64,000 nt of DNA from Phycisphaerales bacterium (GCA_023135165.1 JAGLTS010000005.1:2745-66744), one strand, 5' to 3'; shown: positions 26,331-35,474, numbered from the stretch's first letter. Translations and numbers: made by a program. The notes: generated from the letters alone by a model not told the origin.

Positions 26331-28270
26331 GATTCGCTCCCCATCGCAGCTTCGACCGGCTGCGGCTCGTTCCCAGTGAGGCCCATACCGTGCAGCCGAT
26401 CCATGATGACTTCATGGATCTGCCCCGGCCGCAAGGGTAGGCCCTGGCAGATGGACCAGTAGTCAATGTCGCGCCTCGTCCTGCCTCGCAACATCAGGGC
26501 GAGATGCGGCGGCCGACCGGGCTGCGTCTCCATCATCAGCCCGTGCTGCGGGTCGCTGTAGTTCAGCTCAATCGTCATCACCTTGTCGAACCGCATGAAG
26601 ATGTCGCGCAGGCCCGGTTCGAGAGGCCAAAGGAAGCGTATGTGCAGCGAAGAGACGCGATACCCGTCCGCACGCGCCCGATCGACCGCCTCCTCGATTG
26701 AGCCGAGCGTCGAGCCCCAGCCGACGACGATCAGATCGCCTTCGTCGTCCCCGTGGATCTTCGGCGGCTTGAGCGTGGCCCGCAGTGCGGCGAGCTTGCG
26801 GCTGCGCATCTCCAGGCCCTTGATGTTCGATGCGGGGTCGTAGGCGACTTTGCTCTGACCGGTGTGCGCCAGGCCCGTCAGGACGTACTCGCCGCCGCGC
26901 TGACCTGGGATCGGCCGGGGCGAAAGACCCGTCTCTTCATCCCAGTCGTACGGCGGGACGCCCTGCTTCCACGGCGACTGATCGACCGGCGGCGCGAGCC
27001 ATTCCTCGCACGGCTCGGGCCTGGGAATCGGCTGAACGCCCGTCGCCAACCCGGCGTCGGTCAGCACGATGACCGGCGTGCGGAAGGCCTCGGCAATCGT
27101 CCGTGCGGTGATGATCAGATGGAAGCACTCCTCGATCGTGGCGGCGGCGATGATCGGTTTGGGCGAATCCCCCGGCGAGCCGTACATCGCTGCCATGAGG
27201 TCGCCCTGCTCGGGCTTGGTGGGCAGGCCGGTCGAAGGGCCGCCACGCTGCACATCCACGATGACCAACGGAATCTCTCCCATGACTGCCAGACCGATGA
27301 ACTCCATCTTCAGCGCCAACCCCGGGCCGGAAGTGATCGTGCATGCCGTCTTCCCCGCGTAGGAGCAGCCGATCGCGAATCCGACAGCGGCGATCTCATC
27401 CTCCGCCTGGTGGACGAACCCGCCCACGCTCTGAATGGATGCCGCCAAGTAGTGCGAAGCGCTCGTGGCGGGCGTGATGGGGTACATCGACACCATCTCG
27501 ATGCCCGCAGCCATGACGCCCAGGCCGACCGCCTGGTTCCCGTTCATCACGAGCAGTTCGTGATCCACATCCATGCAAGGAACGTTGAAGCAGTACGTGA
27601 GACGCTCACGCGCGAACTCGACGCCCGCCTGCATGAGCTTCTGATTCAACGAAATGACCTGCTCGCCCTTCTTGCTGAAGATCGCAGCGATCTCCCCCAG
27701 CGTCATCTCAACATCGCGCTGATAAATCCAGCAGAGCATGCCGAGCACGAACATGTTTTTGCCGAGTTTCGGGTTCTCGGTGTGCGCCAGACATGCCTCT
27801 TCCATCGCCAGTTCATGGACGACGAAACCGCGGTCATGGAAATCCGCGACGCCATCCGCGTACGCCTGACGTATCTGTGGCGATGGATCGTTCGCCCACT
27901 TGTTCTCAAGCAAGACGACCGTGCCTTCGTGGTAGGCGCCCTGCCCGATTCGGCCGTAGAGCACCTGCTCGTTGAAGGCGACGACAAGGTCGGCTGCATC
28001 ACCCATGTTGGTGATTTCGTGATCGCCGAGTCGGATGCGGATGCCGCTGGCCCCGTCGCGGGATCGGGAAGGCGGCTTGATTTCAGCGGGAATGATCTCA
28101 ACGGTCCACGCGCCGTTTCCCATCTTGGCGCTGACGGTGCCGAACGTGACACCGCACTTCTGCGCGCCCTCGCCGGAGTCGCTGACAATCTCGACGATGT
28201 GTTCGTGAACCATCGTCGAGTGTTCATCGCGCGGTGCGCCGGGGTGCGAGTTACCGTCTTGTTTGGCCAT
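26318..28270 (-). CDS. korA: 2-oxoacid (2-oxoglutarate):ferredoxin oxidoreductase alpha subunit (gamma-alpha fusion type)
   Basis: About 650 aa from ATG at 28270 (GGAGAG 7 nt upstream; the track start at 28285 is a TTG). SDSGEGAQKCG gamma-type N-terminus and the pyrimidine-binding region YPITPATSASHYL. Confidence 0.88.
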   Translation of the reverse strand: MAKQDGNSHPGAPRDEHSTMVHEHIVEIVSDSGEGAQKCGVTFGTVSAKMGNGAWTVEIIPAEIKPPSRSRDGASGIRIRLGDHEITNMGDAADLVVAFNEQVLYGRIGQGAYHEGTVVLLENKWANDPSPQIRQAYADGVADFHDRGFVVHELAMEEACLAHTENPKLGKNMFVLGMLCWIYQRDVEMTLGEIAAIFSKKGEQVISLNQKLMQAGVEFARERLTYCFNVPCMDVDHELLVMNGNQAVGLGVMAAGIEMVSMYPITPATSASHYLAASIQSVGGFVHQAEDEIAAVGFAIGCSYAGKTACTITSGPGLALKMEFIGLAVMGEIPLVIVDVQRGGPSTGLPTKPEQGDLMAAMYGSPGDSPKPIIAAATIEECFHLIITARTIAEAFRTPVIVLTDAGLATGVQPIPRPEPCEEWLAPPVDQSPWKQGVPPYDWDEETGLSPRPIPGQRGGEYVLTGLAHTGQSKVAYDPASNIKGLEMRSRKLAALRATLKPPKIHGDDEGDLIVVGWGSTLGSIEEAVDRARADGYRVSSLHIRFLWPLEPGLRDIFMRFDKVMTIELNYSDPQHGLMMETQPGRPPHLALMLRGRTRRDIDYWSICQGLPLRPGQIHEVIMDRLHGMGLTGNEPQPVEAAMGSESCSG

Positions 28271-28631
28271 TGGAACGCTCTCCAAGTGAGAAGAGACACG
28301 GGTCGATTCGCCTTGCGCTGGTTTCAGAACCGCATACCAGCCGCTGGATGAGAATCGGCCAATAACTCAGTTGTCGTGAGCTTGTCCGGGCAGGCGCCTC
28401 GACAAAGGAGCGGAGCTTGAACAGACACATCACGCCGCCTCGATCGCCCGGTTTCGCGGCGCCTCGGAGCGAGCGACAAACGAGCGTTGTACTTCAACCG
28501 CAGCACGCCCGCCAGTGGTTAGACGTAAGGGAAGACACACAAATGTGAAGAGCGCCAATCGGCGGACGACGCATACGGCACAGCCGCATCCTGAATGGAA
28601 CGGCTGACGTGCCTGTGTTATCAGCCCTTGG

Positions 28632-29123
28632 TCAGTCCTCCTCGGAACGCGGATCGACAACAGGCTGTTCATCCGCCGGCACCACGGTGTTCGGCGACGG
28701 CACAGCATCGTCAGATTGGGCTGTATCCGTAGCATCTCCGGTCGGTGATCGGCCAGGAAGCGTCAGGACCGTGATGACGATGGAGATGATGACAATCACC
28801 GCGGCGGCGATCGTCGCTCCCTTCGACACCCAATGCGGATCGACCCGACGAACGGGAGCCGGCTGGACTGGATCGGCAGGCTCGTCCGGCGCCTGTTCCA
28901 GCTCGGGTCGTGCCTGATCCGCTGCTTGCTCCGCCTGAATCGCCGAGGCGAATGGCTCGACCTCGCGCAGCGGCGTGAAGTCATCCTCACCGTCCCGGCG
29001 ACAGCCCGTCGCCCCCGTGAGCCGACCATCCTTCCACCGCGCGAGCACTTCCTGCTCGGTCAGCGGACCGGACTCCTCGCCATCGGTCGATCTGACGAAC
29101 CACACGGCCTCTGTCTCGCTCAT
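28632..29123 (-). CDS. GYF_2 (DUF4339)-domain membrane protein
   Basis: 163 aa from ATG at 29123 (GGGAG upstream). WFVRSTDGEESGPLTEQEVLARWKDGRL is GYF_2-like. One TM helix (ATIAAAVIVIISIVITVL). Confidence 0.65.
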   Translation of the reverse strand: MSETEAVWFVRSTDGEESGPLTEQEVLARWKDGRLTGATGCRRDGEDDFTPLREVEPFASAIQAEQAADQARPELEQAPDEPADPVQPAPVRRVDPHWVSKGATIAAAVIVIISIVITVLTLPGRSPTGDATDTAQSDDAVPSPNTVVPADEQPVVDPRSEED

Positions 29124-29292
29124 GAGTCGGCTCCCATGCTCTCCGGAATACACATCCATCTTACACGAGTTGCACGACCTGATCGCCTCCCGAACCCGGC
29201 CCGGCACGGCTGAGGTCCATGCACAACTCCGCAGCACGGCTCGCCGGCATGTGTATCATGCACGGACCCGCCCGTTCGGTTCGTCAGCCGAG

Positions 29293-29323
29293 GTTGGGGG
29301 GTGTTGGGGGTTGTTGGGGGTTG
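29293..29323. repeat. 3 x ~10-bp tandem GTTGGGGG repeat inside a GTCAGC/GCTGAC inverted repeat
   Basis: ggttggggggtgttgggggttgttgggggttg, flanked by GTCAGC (29283-29288) and GCTGAC (29323-29328). Lies in the divergent intergenic region, ~20 nt upstream of the GGAGGA RBS of the 29345 gene. Confidence 0.8.
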
Positions 29324-29344
29324 CTGACGCGGAGGATTCGATCC

Positions 29345-30631
29345 ATGAGACGTTCGTGCCTATATCGCCTGTTTGCTCTGCTCGCCGTCTGCACGCTCGC
29401 CGCTCCATCGCTGCGGGCGGATGTGTCGGTCGGGGACACACCGGAGTACTCGTACACCGACATGAACGGTGAAGAGATCACGAGCGAAGATCTGCGCGGC
29501 CGGTTTGTGTTCGTCCTCTTCTGGGTCTCGCGGGATGAGGATTGCATCACCGCCCTGGTGGCGCTCTGGGTACTGATAGAGATGCCGGAGAGCGGGGAGC
29601 AGTCCGGCTTCATCGCCGATCTGAGGGCCAGGATTCTCGTCATCGCGGCGGACGGGCTCCGCCAGGATCGGAATGTGCGACGAGGTCTCCAGGCGGCGGA
29701 GTTCACCGGCTCGGTCCTCTACGACCGTGAAGGAAGCGGCGCGGAGATGGCGAACACATGGGGCATCAGCTCGGTCCCGACGCTCTACCTCATCGCGCCG
29801 AACGGCAGTGTGCTCTACCGATACGAGGGCACGGCCCAAGACATCTTCATGGGCATGCGTGAGATCAACGCCGACTCACTCCTGTCGGACTACCCGCCGC
29901 TGACCAGCGACGAGCGCGCGGCAGCGGAGTCGGCGCTGGCCAGCGCCGAGTCGCTGCTCGACGCGGGTGAGCCGGAGAAGGCGGTTTCGGCGATCCGGGG
30001 CTTCCATCGGCATGCAGCGGACTACTTCGAGGAGATCGGCGACCGGTATCGCGCCATCGCTGAGCAGCTCGATCCGCTGGGGCAGGCGGAACTGGATGAT
30101 GTGCGAGCGCTTGTTAAACAGGCGGGATACGACGAATCGGCGCGACGACAGGCGACGGCAGCATTGCAACGGCTGGCCCGCAAGTATGCCGGGCTGCCGA
30201 TCGGCCAGGCGATTGAGGATGACATTCATCGCATGGAGCACAGCGACCTGCTCGCACGGCGGGAGGCCGGCCGAGCGTACGAAGCTCGCGTGAACCGCGC
30301 TCTGGCGCGTGCCGAGGCCCTGATCGCTGCCGGTCGGCGCATCGACGCGCATCGCAAGCTCAGCTTCATTCTGGATCGCTTCCCATCCGCGAACAGCACT
30401 CGCCGGGCCAAGCACATCCTCGATGATCTGGAAGCCGACCCCGGCTTCATCGCCGAGCGCCAGGCCCGACGCATCCGTCTGGCGTGTGAGAAGCTCCTGA
30501 GCGAAACCGAGAATCTGCTTGACGCTGGTGACGCAGCCGGGGCCGAGGCGAAACTGCTCGAAATCATCGAGCAGTATCCCGACAGTGACTACGCAGCCAC
30601 CGCCCGCGAGAAACTCGACGAACTCGACTGA
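29345..30631 (+). CDS. secreted thioredoxin-fold (TlpA-like, CXXC-less) protein fused to TPR-like helical repeats
   Basis: 428 aa from ATG at 29345. Signal peptide LFALLAVCTLAAPSLRA. The Trx-like region LRGRFVFVLFWVSRDEDC lacks the WCxxC motif. The C-terminal EAKLLEIIEQYPDSDYAATAREKLDEL is a YbgF/TPR-like repeat. Confidence 0.65.
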   Translation: MRRSCLYRLFALLAVCTLAAPSLRADVSVGDTPEYSYTDMNGEEITSEDLRGRFVFVLFWVSRDEDCITALVALWVLIEMPESGEQSGFIADLRARILVIAADGLRQDRNVRRGLQAAEFTGSVLYDREGSGAEMANTWGISSVPTLYLIAPNGSVLYRYEGTAQDIFMGMREINADSLLSDYPPLTSDERAAAESALASAESLLDAGEPEKAVSAIRGFHRHAADYFEEIGDRYRAIAEQLDPLGQAELDDVRALVKQAGYDESARRQATAALQRLARKYAGLPIGQAIEDDIHRMEHSDLLARREAGRAYEARVNRALARAEALIAAGRRIDAHRKLSFILDRFPSANSTRRAKHILDDLEADPGFIAERQARRIRLACEKLLSETENLLDAGDAAGAEAKLLEIIEQYPDSDYAATAREKLDELD

Positions 30632-30680
30632 TTCCGACCGCGATCAACAGGCGCGGCATCACACCGGTGCAGCGATCACG

Positions 30681-31421
30681 TCAGTTGCTTCCGGTCGGCG
30701 GGAAGCGGATCTCGTTGCCGTCGTCGGTGTAGAAGACGACGCCGCTGATCGTCATCGCCAGCCCGCCGCTCTGGTCAGGTTCCATCTCAAGGACCGCGTA
30801 ACCGGTCCCTTGCGAGAACTGAACCATGGCCGGAGTGAGAACCACCTGGGTGCCCGGCTGCTGTCCGAACATCGCCAGCCCGGCGCGCTGCCTTGCCTGG
30901 TCGGTCAGGTCGATGCCGCAACTGTAGTAGTCGCCGTACTCGCCATTCAGCTCTTGACCGAATGCGATGATCTGCTCGTCGGTGACGTTTGCGCGCACGT
31001 TCGGCGAGAGCACCTGACGGGCACCGGCCACATCACCTGACATGGCGGCCTGGATGAACTGCCCACCCGTCTCGTACATGCCCCGCATCACAAGCCAGCC
31101 GAACCAGATAACGAGGCACCACCCGATCGTGATGAGCAGGCCCAGGATGATCCCAGCCGCGGCGATGCCCTTGCCCTTGCGCCGGCCCCTCGACGCACCG
31201 ATCGTCAGGAAAGCGACGATCCCAAGGAAGATGCCGATCACCTGCAGAACGATCGGACAACAGAAGATGAGCGAGCAGACAACCGAGGCGATGGCGAGCT
31301 TGCTCGTGCGGGGCGGCCCCTGAACCGCGTCGAGCGGCGCGGCGTCGGGCTGCCAAGGCTCGAACGGAACATCTTGCTGGTAGGGGTTCTTGCTCATGCC
31401 GGGCATGATACGGCGTCGCAC
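30681..31421 (-). CDS. DUF4190-like membrane protein
   Basis: Two TM helices (LAIASVVCSLIFCCPIVLQVIGIFLGIVAFL, AAAGIILGLLITIGWCLVIWF) followed by a soluble domain. Start ambiguous: ATG at 31421, 31406 or 31397. Confidence 0.6.
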   Translation of the reverse strand: MRRRIMPGMSKNPYQQDVPFEPWQPDAAPLDAVQGPPRTSKLAIASVVCSLIFCCPIVLQVIGIFLGIVAFLTIGASRGRRKGKGIAAAGIILGLLITIGWCLVIWFGWLVMRGMYETGGQFIQAAMSGDVAGARQVLSPNVRANVTDEQIIAFGQELNGEYGDYYSCGIDLTDQARQRAGLAMFGQQPGTQVVLTPAMVQFSQGTGYAVLEMEPDQSGGLAMTISGVVFYTDDGNEIRFPPTGSN

Positions 31422-31560
31422 GGCATGGCGTCAGCCTCACATGGGACACGACGAGCATCGTCCGGCCGCATCGACCCGGCGGCTCAGTTGTCAGCGGCTC
31501 ACCATTGACTTGGGGATCTGCTGCGCGTACGTTGATGGTATCGAGCCGGTGCTCGATGTC

Positions 31561-31644
31561 GGCCGTGTGCCAGAGTGGACTAATGGGGCGGATTGCAAAT
31601 CCGCTGGGCTTTGCCCGTCGTGGGTTCGAATCCCACCGCGGCCT
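31561..31644 (+). tRNA. tRNA-Cys (anticodon GCA) with a long, class-II-like variable arm
   Basis: Manual cloverleaf. Acceptor GGCCGTG/CGCGGCC. D-arm CCA(G)..(A)TGG with GG in the loop. Anticodon stem GCGGA/TCCGC with loop TTGCAAA. 15-nt variable region TGGGCTTTGCCCGTC (GGGC/GCCC stem). T-arm GTGGG-TTCGAAT-CCCAC. Discriminator T. No encoded CCA. Confidence 0.8.
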
Positions 31645-31680
31645 TTCCGATGCTCGATTCGGGGGATAGACCCTGAGCGG

Positions 31681-33936
31681 ATGCTCGTTCGCTATGCCAT
31701 CTTGACGCGCTGGGCGCACTTCGCCACACGTCGACCGAGGATGATCGTCGTCTGCTCGCTGCTCCTCGCCGTCGCCGCGATGGCGGTCACAGCCAACCGG
31801 CTTGAGTTCCATACGGATCGGTCGGATCTGATCGATCCCGGGCTGAACTGGCAGAAGCGATACGCAGCATACAAGACGACGTTCCCGCACTGGGATGATC
31901 TGATCGTCGTTGTCGATGCCTCGCAGGACGGGGCGGAGGTGTTCGCGGATCGGCTGGCGAATCGGCTGCGCAGCGATGCGCTTGTGGCGTCGGTAAACAA
32001 CGGGTTCGCGACCGCAGAGAGCCCGCCGGGGCTGCTGCTGAGTCAGCCGACTGAGGTGATCGAGACACTTGTCGCGGATGGCGGCGCCGGGCTGACCGAT
32101 GCGCAGCACACCGAATGGCAACACCTGCGAACCGCGACCGGCCGATACATCCTGCTCAAGGTCGACGGCGCCGCCGCACGGACCGACGAGGCGCTCCTTG
32201 AGGCCGTGCGCGATCACCTGACGGCGGTGCGCAGCGATCCGGCGATTGCGCACATCGAGGCAGGCGTGACGGGCGTGCCTGCGATGGAGATGGATGAGAG
32301 CGCCCAGTCGATTCGCGATTCGACGTTCGCCTCTGTCGCGGCGCTGCTGCTGATCGCGCTCCTTGCGGCTGTCGTGTATCGCGGCGTCACCGTGCCGATC
32401 CTGGCGGTCGTCTCGCTTCTCGTGGGCGTGGCGTGGTCATTTGGATACCTGACGATCGTCGTCGGGCACCTGCAGCTCCTGTCGGTCGTCTTCGCGGTGA
32501 TCCTGCTCGGCCTGGGCATCGACACAGCGATTCACCTCATCGCAAGACTGGAACTGATCCACCCGGACCACGATCACCTCGGGCCTGCCGTCGAACAGGT
32601 CTTCCGCGGCATCGGGCCGGGCGTGCTGACGGGGACGCTGACGACAGCTGCCGCGTTCGTCGCCACGGGCCTGACGGACTTCCGAGGCATCGCTGAGATG
32701 GGTCTGATCGCAGCGGGAGGCGTGATCCTCTGCGCCATCGCCGTGATGTCGGTGTTTCCAGCGCTCCTGCAACTGATGCCGCATCCCGAGCGCCGTCTTC
32801 GCGCGCGGCGAGGCGGCGAAGCCCGGCCGTTCATGCGGGGCAAGCTCTCGATCCTGACCAGCCATGCACGCACGACGGTGATCGTCGCCGCGATCGTGTT
32901 CGCCGGGCTGGGATACGCAGCGACGACCGTGCGCTACGACCCGGATGTGCTGAAGCTGCAGCCGGATGGGCTTGAATCAGTCGTGTGGGAACGGCGGCTG
33001 CTCGATGATGATGCGCGTTCATTCTGGCATGCTGTGGTCATCGCGGGCAACGTGGACCAGGCGCGTCGGCTGACGGGAAGTCTCACAGCGCTTCCCGAGG
33101 TGGACCACGTAGGCGGCGCGGGTGTGCTCTTCCCCGAGGAGGCGCAGGCAAAACGCGACCTGCTCGCCGCGCTGCCCGCCCCGCTGCACCTGCTGGCGAG
33201 CGCACCGCTTCCGACGCCCGAGGATCTGCCCGCTTCGCTGCGCGATGAGTTTGTCGCAACGGATGGGTCGCTTCTGCTGCGCGCATATCCGACGCAAGGC
33301 GAAGGCAGCATGTTGTCACCGGAGCAGCTCGACCCGTTCGTCAAAGCGGTGCTCGACGCTGCGCCGCAGGCCACGGGCCCGGCTGTGCAGATCTACGAAT
33401 CGACGCGGATCATCACACGCTCGTACCTATTCGCGGCGATCTACGCAGCGGGCGCGATTCTGATCCTGCTGGTCATCGACTTCCGATCGGCATGGGATGC
33501 GCTGACCGCGATGCTGCCCGTCTGCCTCGGCTTTGTCGGGACGTTCGGCATCATGGCTTTGACCGATACGCCGCTGAATTTCGCCAACGTGATGGTGATG
33601 CCTTTGATCCTCGGACTTGGTGTCGATGCGGGCGTTCACGCGGTGCATCGTTGGCTGATGCAGCCGGACGACCGGCCGCGCGGCCTAGCGGGGGGCACGG
33701 GGCGGGCCGTCACGCTCACGACGATCACGACGGCGATCGGTTTCGCATGCATGATGACCGCACAGCACCGGGGCATTCAGTCGCTCGGCTTTGTCATGGT
33801 CATCGCGCTCGTGTTGACGTGGTGTGCGACGGTGTTTGTGTTGCCGAGCGTGTTGGCGCTTCGGCCCGACCCGCGCAACCGTCCCGGCCGGCGCTGGCAG
33901 GTCGCTCATCCGCCGAAGTCGCCGGAGCTGTCATGA
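31681..33936 (+). CDS. MMPL/RND-superfamily (HpnN-like) transporter
   Basis: 751 aa from ATG at 31681; the track ORF from 31390 reads through the tRNA. Two 6-TM bundles with large periplasmic loops, including FASVAALLLIALLAAVVY ... LGLGIDTAIHL and PLILGLGVDAGVHAVHR. Confidence 0.8.
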   Translation: MLVRYAILTRWAHFATRRPRMIVVCSLLLAVAAMAVTANRLEFHTDRSDLIDPGLNWQKRYAAYKTTFPHWDDLIVVVDASQDGAEVFADRLANRLRSDALVASVNNGFATAESPPGLLLSQPTEVIETLVADGGAGLTDAQHTEWQHLRTATGRYILLKVDGAAARTDEALLEAVRDHLTAVRSDPAIAHIEAGVTGVPAMEMDESAQSIRDSTFASVAALLLIALLAAVVYRGVTVPILAVVSLLVGVAWSFGYLTIVVGHLQLLSVVFAVILLGLGIDTAIHLIARLELIHPDHDHLGPAVEQVFRGIGPGVLTGTLTTAAAFVATGLTDFRGIAEMGLIAAGGVILCAIAVMSVFPALLQLMPHPERRLRARRGGEARPFMRGKLSILTSHARTTVIVAAIVFAGLGYAATTVRYDPDVLKLQPDGLESVVWERRLLDDDARSFWHAVVIAGNVDQARRLTGSLTALPEVDHVGGAGVLFPEEAQAKRDLLAALPAPLHLLASAPLPTPEDLPASLRDEFVATDGSLLLRAYPTQGEGSMLSPEQLDPFVKAVLDAAPQATGPAVQIYESTRIITRSYLFAAIYAAGAILILLVIDFRSAWDALTAMLPVCLGFVGTFGIMALTDTPLNFANVMVMPLILGLGVDAGVHAVHRWLMQPDDRPRGLAGGTGRAVTLTTITTAIGFACMMTAQHRGIQSLGFVMVIALVLTWCATVFVLPSVLALRPDPRNRPGRRWQVAHPPKSPELS

Positions 33937-34500
33937 TCGTTCCGCCTGGCGCTCCTGCTTGCGGACACGGCGGCGCTCGCGGAAAAAGGCTTTGAGCTGC
34001 GCGGAGGCGTGCCGAGCCATGAGGCCGCCGATGGGCGTGATGCGGTGGTTGAGCCTCTGGTCTTCGCAAAGCCTGTACAGCGACGCGACCGCCCCCGCCT
34101 TGGGGTCGTGCGCGCCGTAGACGAGCCTGCCGAGCCGGGCGTTGACGATGGCGCCTGCACACATGATGCACGGCTCAAGCGTGACGACGAGCGTGCATTC
34201 GGTCAGTCGCCAGTCGCCGATGCGCTTGGCGGCGGCGGCGATCACCGTTATCTCGGCGTGACCGGCCGGGTCGCGCCTCGCCTCGCGCGTGTTGTGCGCC
34301 TCGGCGAGGATCTCCGCATCGTCACCATCGCCCCGGTAAACAACCGCACCGACGGGCACCTCGCCCTCGTCCGCTGCCTTCTGAGCAAGACGCAAGGCGG
34401 TCCGCATCATGCGACGGTCGGTCACGGTGGCCGTCCGGCGCTCCCCGTTGCGTGCCCGCAGCGCGAGCCGCAGCGCGCGATGCCTGCGGAGGCGCATCAT
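33931..34500 (-). CDS. tadA: tRNA adenosine(34) deaminase
   Basis: Motifs HAEITVI and TLEPCIMCAGAI (CMP/dCMP deaminase zinc site). The ATG at 34500 forms an ATGA overlap with the tatC stop. Confidence 0.88.
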   Translation of the reverse strand: MMRLRRHRALRLALRARNGERRTATVTDRRMMRTALRLAQKAADEGEVPVGAVVYRGDGDDAEILAEAHNTREARRDPAGHAEITVIAAAAKRIGDWRLTECTLVVTLEPCIMCAGAIVNARLGRLVYGAHDPKAGAVASLYRLCEDQRLNHRITPIGGLMARHASAQLKAFFRERRRVRKQERQAERS

Positions 34501-35474
34501 GTCACATCCTTGCCATCGTCACTGTCCCGACCGCCGAACCCTTCCGCCACGCGGGAGGCGGGCAGCACACGCATCAGAAGGATGCCCAACTCGTAGAGCA
34601 GGTACAAAGGCCCGGCCAGCGCCAGCATCGACCACGGATCAGCAGGCGTCAGGATCGCCCCCGCCACGGCGCAGCCGAAGACGGCGTACCGGCGAATCCG
34701 CGCCAGGTCGTCAGGCTCGACCATTCCGCTCCACCCGAGCAAGAGCATGATGACCGGGAGCTGAAACGCGATCGGAAACACCAGCGACAGCACCAGAACC
34801 ATGTTGATGTACTTGTGAAGCTGGATCTGCTGCGCCAGCAACGTCTTGGCCGAAAACGGCGCGATGAGCACACGGCCGGACTTGACGATCCGCAACTGGT
34901 TCTCGGGAACCTTGAACCAGATCTGACCTTCGACCGGGTTTGTCGGATCGACGCCGACGACCGGTATTTGTGGGAAGACATCCGTGTTGGGCGTCACCTC
35001 GACGACTCGCTCGGGCGGCTCGAACTTGCTGCCGAAGCCGATGAGGAAGTTCATGCTGACGGGGATCAGCACGGTGTAGAGGAAGATCAGCCCCGCCGCG
35101 ACGAGCACCACGGACATCGGGACGAGCACATAGGCGAAGCGTCGTTCGCGTGCGTAGAGTCCTGGCGCGACGAACGCCCATGTCTGGTACACGATGACCG
35201 GTGAAGTGATGACCAAGCCGAGGATGATCGACACCTTCATCCAGATGACGAATGCCTCGGTCGGGCTGAGCACCTGCATCTGGTTGGGCAGGTCGTGGGC
35301 CTCCAGGACGCGCCTGCACGGTTCCCAGAGCCATTCGATGAGCGGCTCGCCGAAGAAGAACCCGACGATGATGAAAGGAATCGGCGCGATGAGGCAGATG
35401 ATGAGCCTGCGACGCAATTCCTCAAGGTGGTCGCCGAACGACATGGCATGGTGCTTGAGGCTCATATGCTTCAT
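34497..35474 (-). CDS. tatC: twin-arginine translocase subunit TatC (with an extra loop insertion)
   Basis: MSFGDHLEELRRRLI and SPTEAFVIWMKVSIILGLVITSPVIVYQTWAFVAPGLY are typical of TatC. At 325 aa it is long, owing to a ~60-aa insert (PPERVVEVTPNTDVFPQIPVVGVDPTNPVEGQIWFKVPENQL...). Confidence 0.88.
   Translation of the reverse strand: MKHMSLKHHAMSFGDHLEELRRRLIICLIAPIPFIIVGFFFGEPLIEWLWEPCRRVLEAHDLPNQMQVLSPTEAFVIWMKVSIILGLVITSPVIVYQTWAFVAPGLYARERRFAYVLVPMSVVLVAAGLIFLYTVLIPVSMNFLIGFGSKFEPPERVVEVTPNTDVFPQIPVVGVDPTNPVEGQIWFKVPENQLRIVKSGRVLIAPFSAKTLLAQQIQLHKYINMVLVLSLVFPIAFQLPVIMLLLGWSGMVEPDDLARIRRYAVFGCAVAGAILTPADPWSMLALAGPLYLLYELGILLMRVLPASRVAEGFGGRDSDDGKDVT

Noticed and set aside
29293-29323. 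G-quadruplex interpretation of the G-rich repeats (also 8151-8173)
   Set aside because: Each locus has only three clear G-runs of 3 or more, so a canonical four-tract intramolecular G4 is not supported. Reported instead as a simple tandem motif or C-rich tract.
31390-31680. N-terminal 97 codons of track ORF 31390..33936
   Set aside because: This part reads straight through the tRNA gene (31561-31644) and has a junk-like composition. The transporter sequence proper begins at ATG 31681.
31422-31700. tRNA-linked genomic island or integrase
   Set aside because: No integrase, direct repeat of the tRNA 3' end, or compositional shift is visible on either side of the tRNA.
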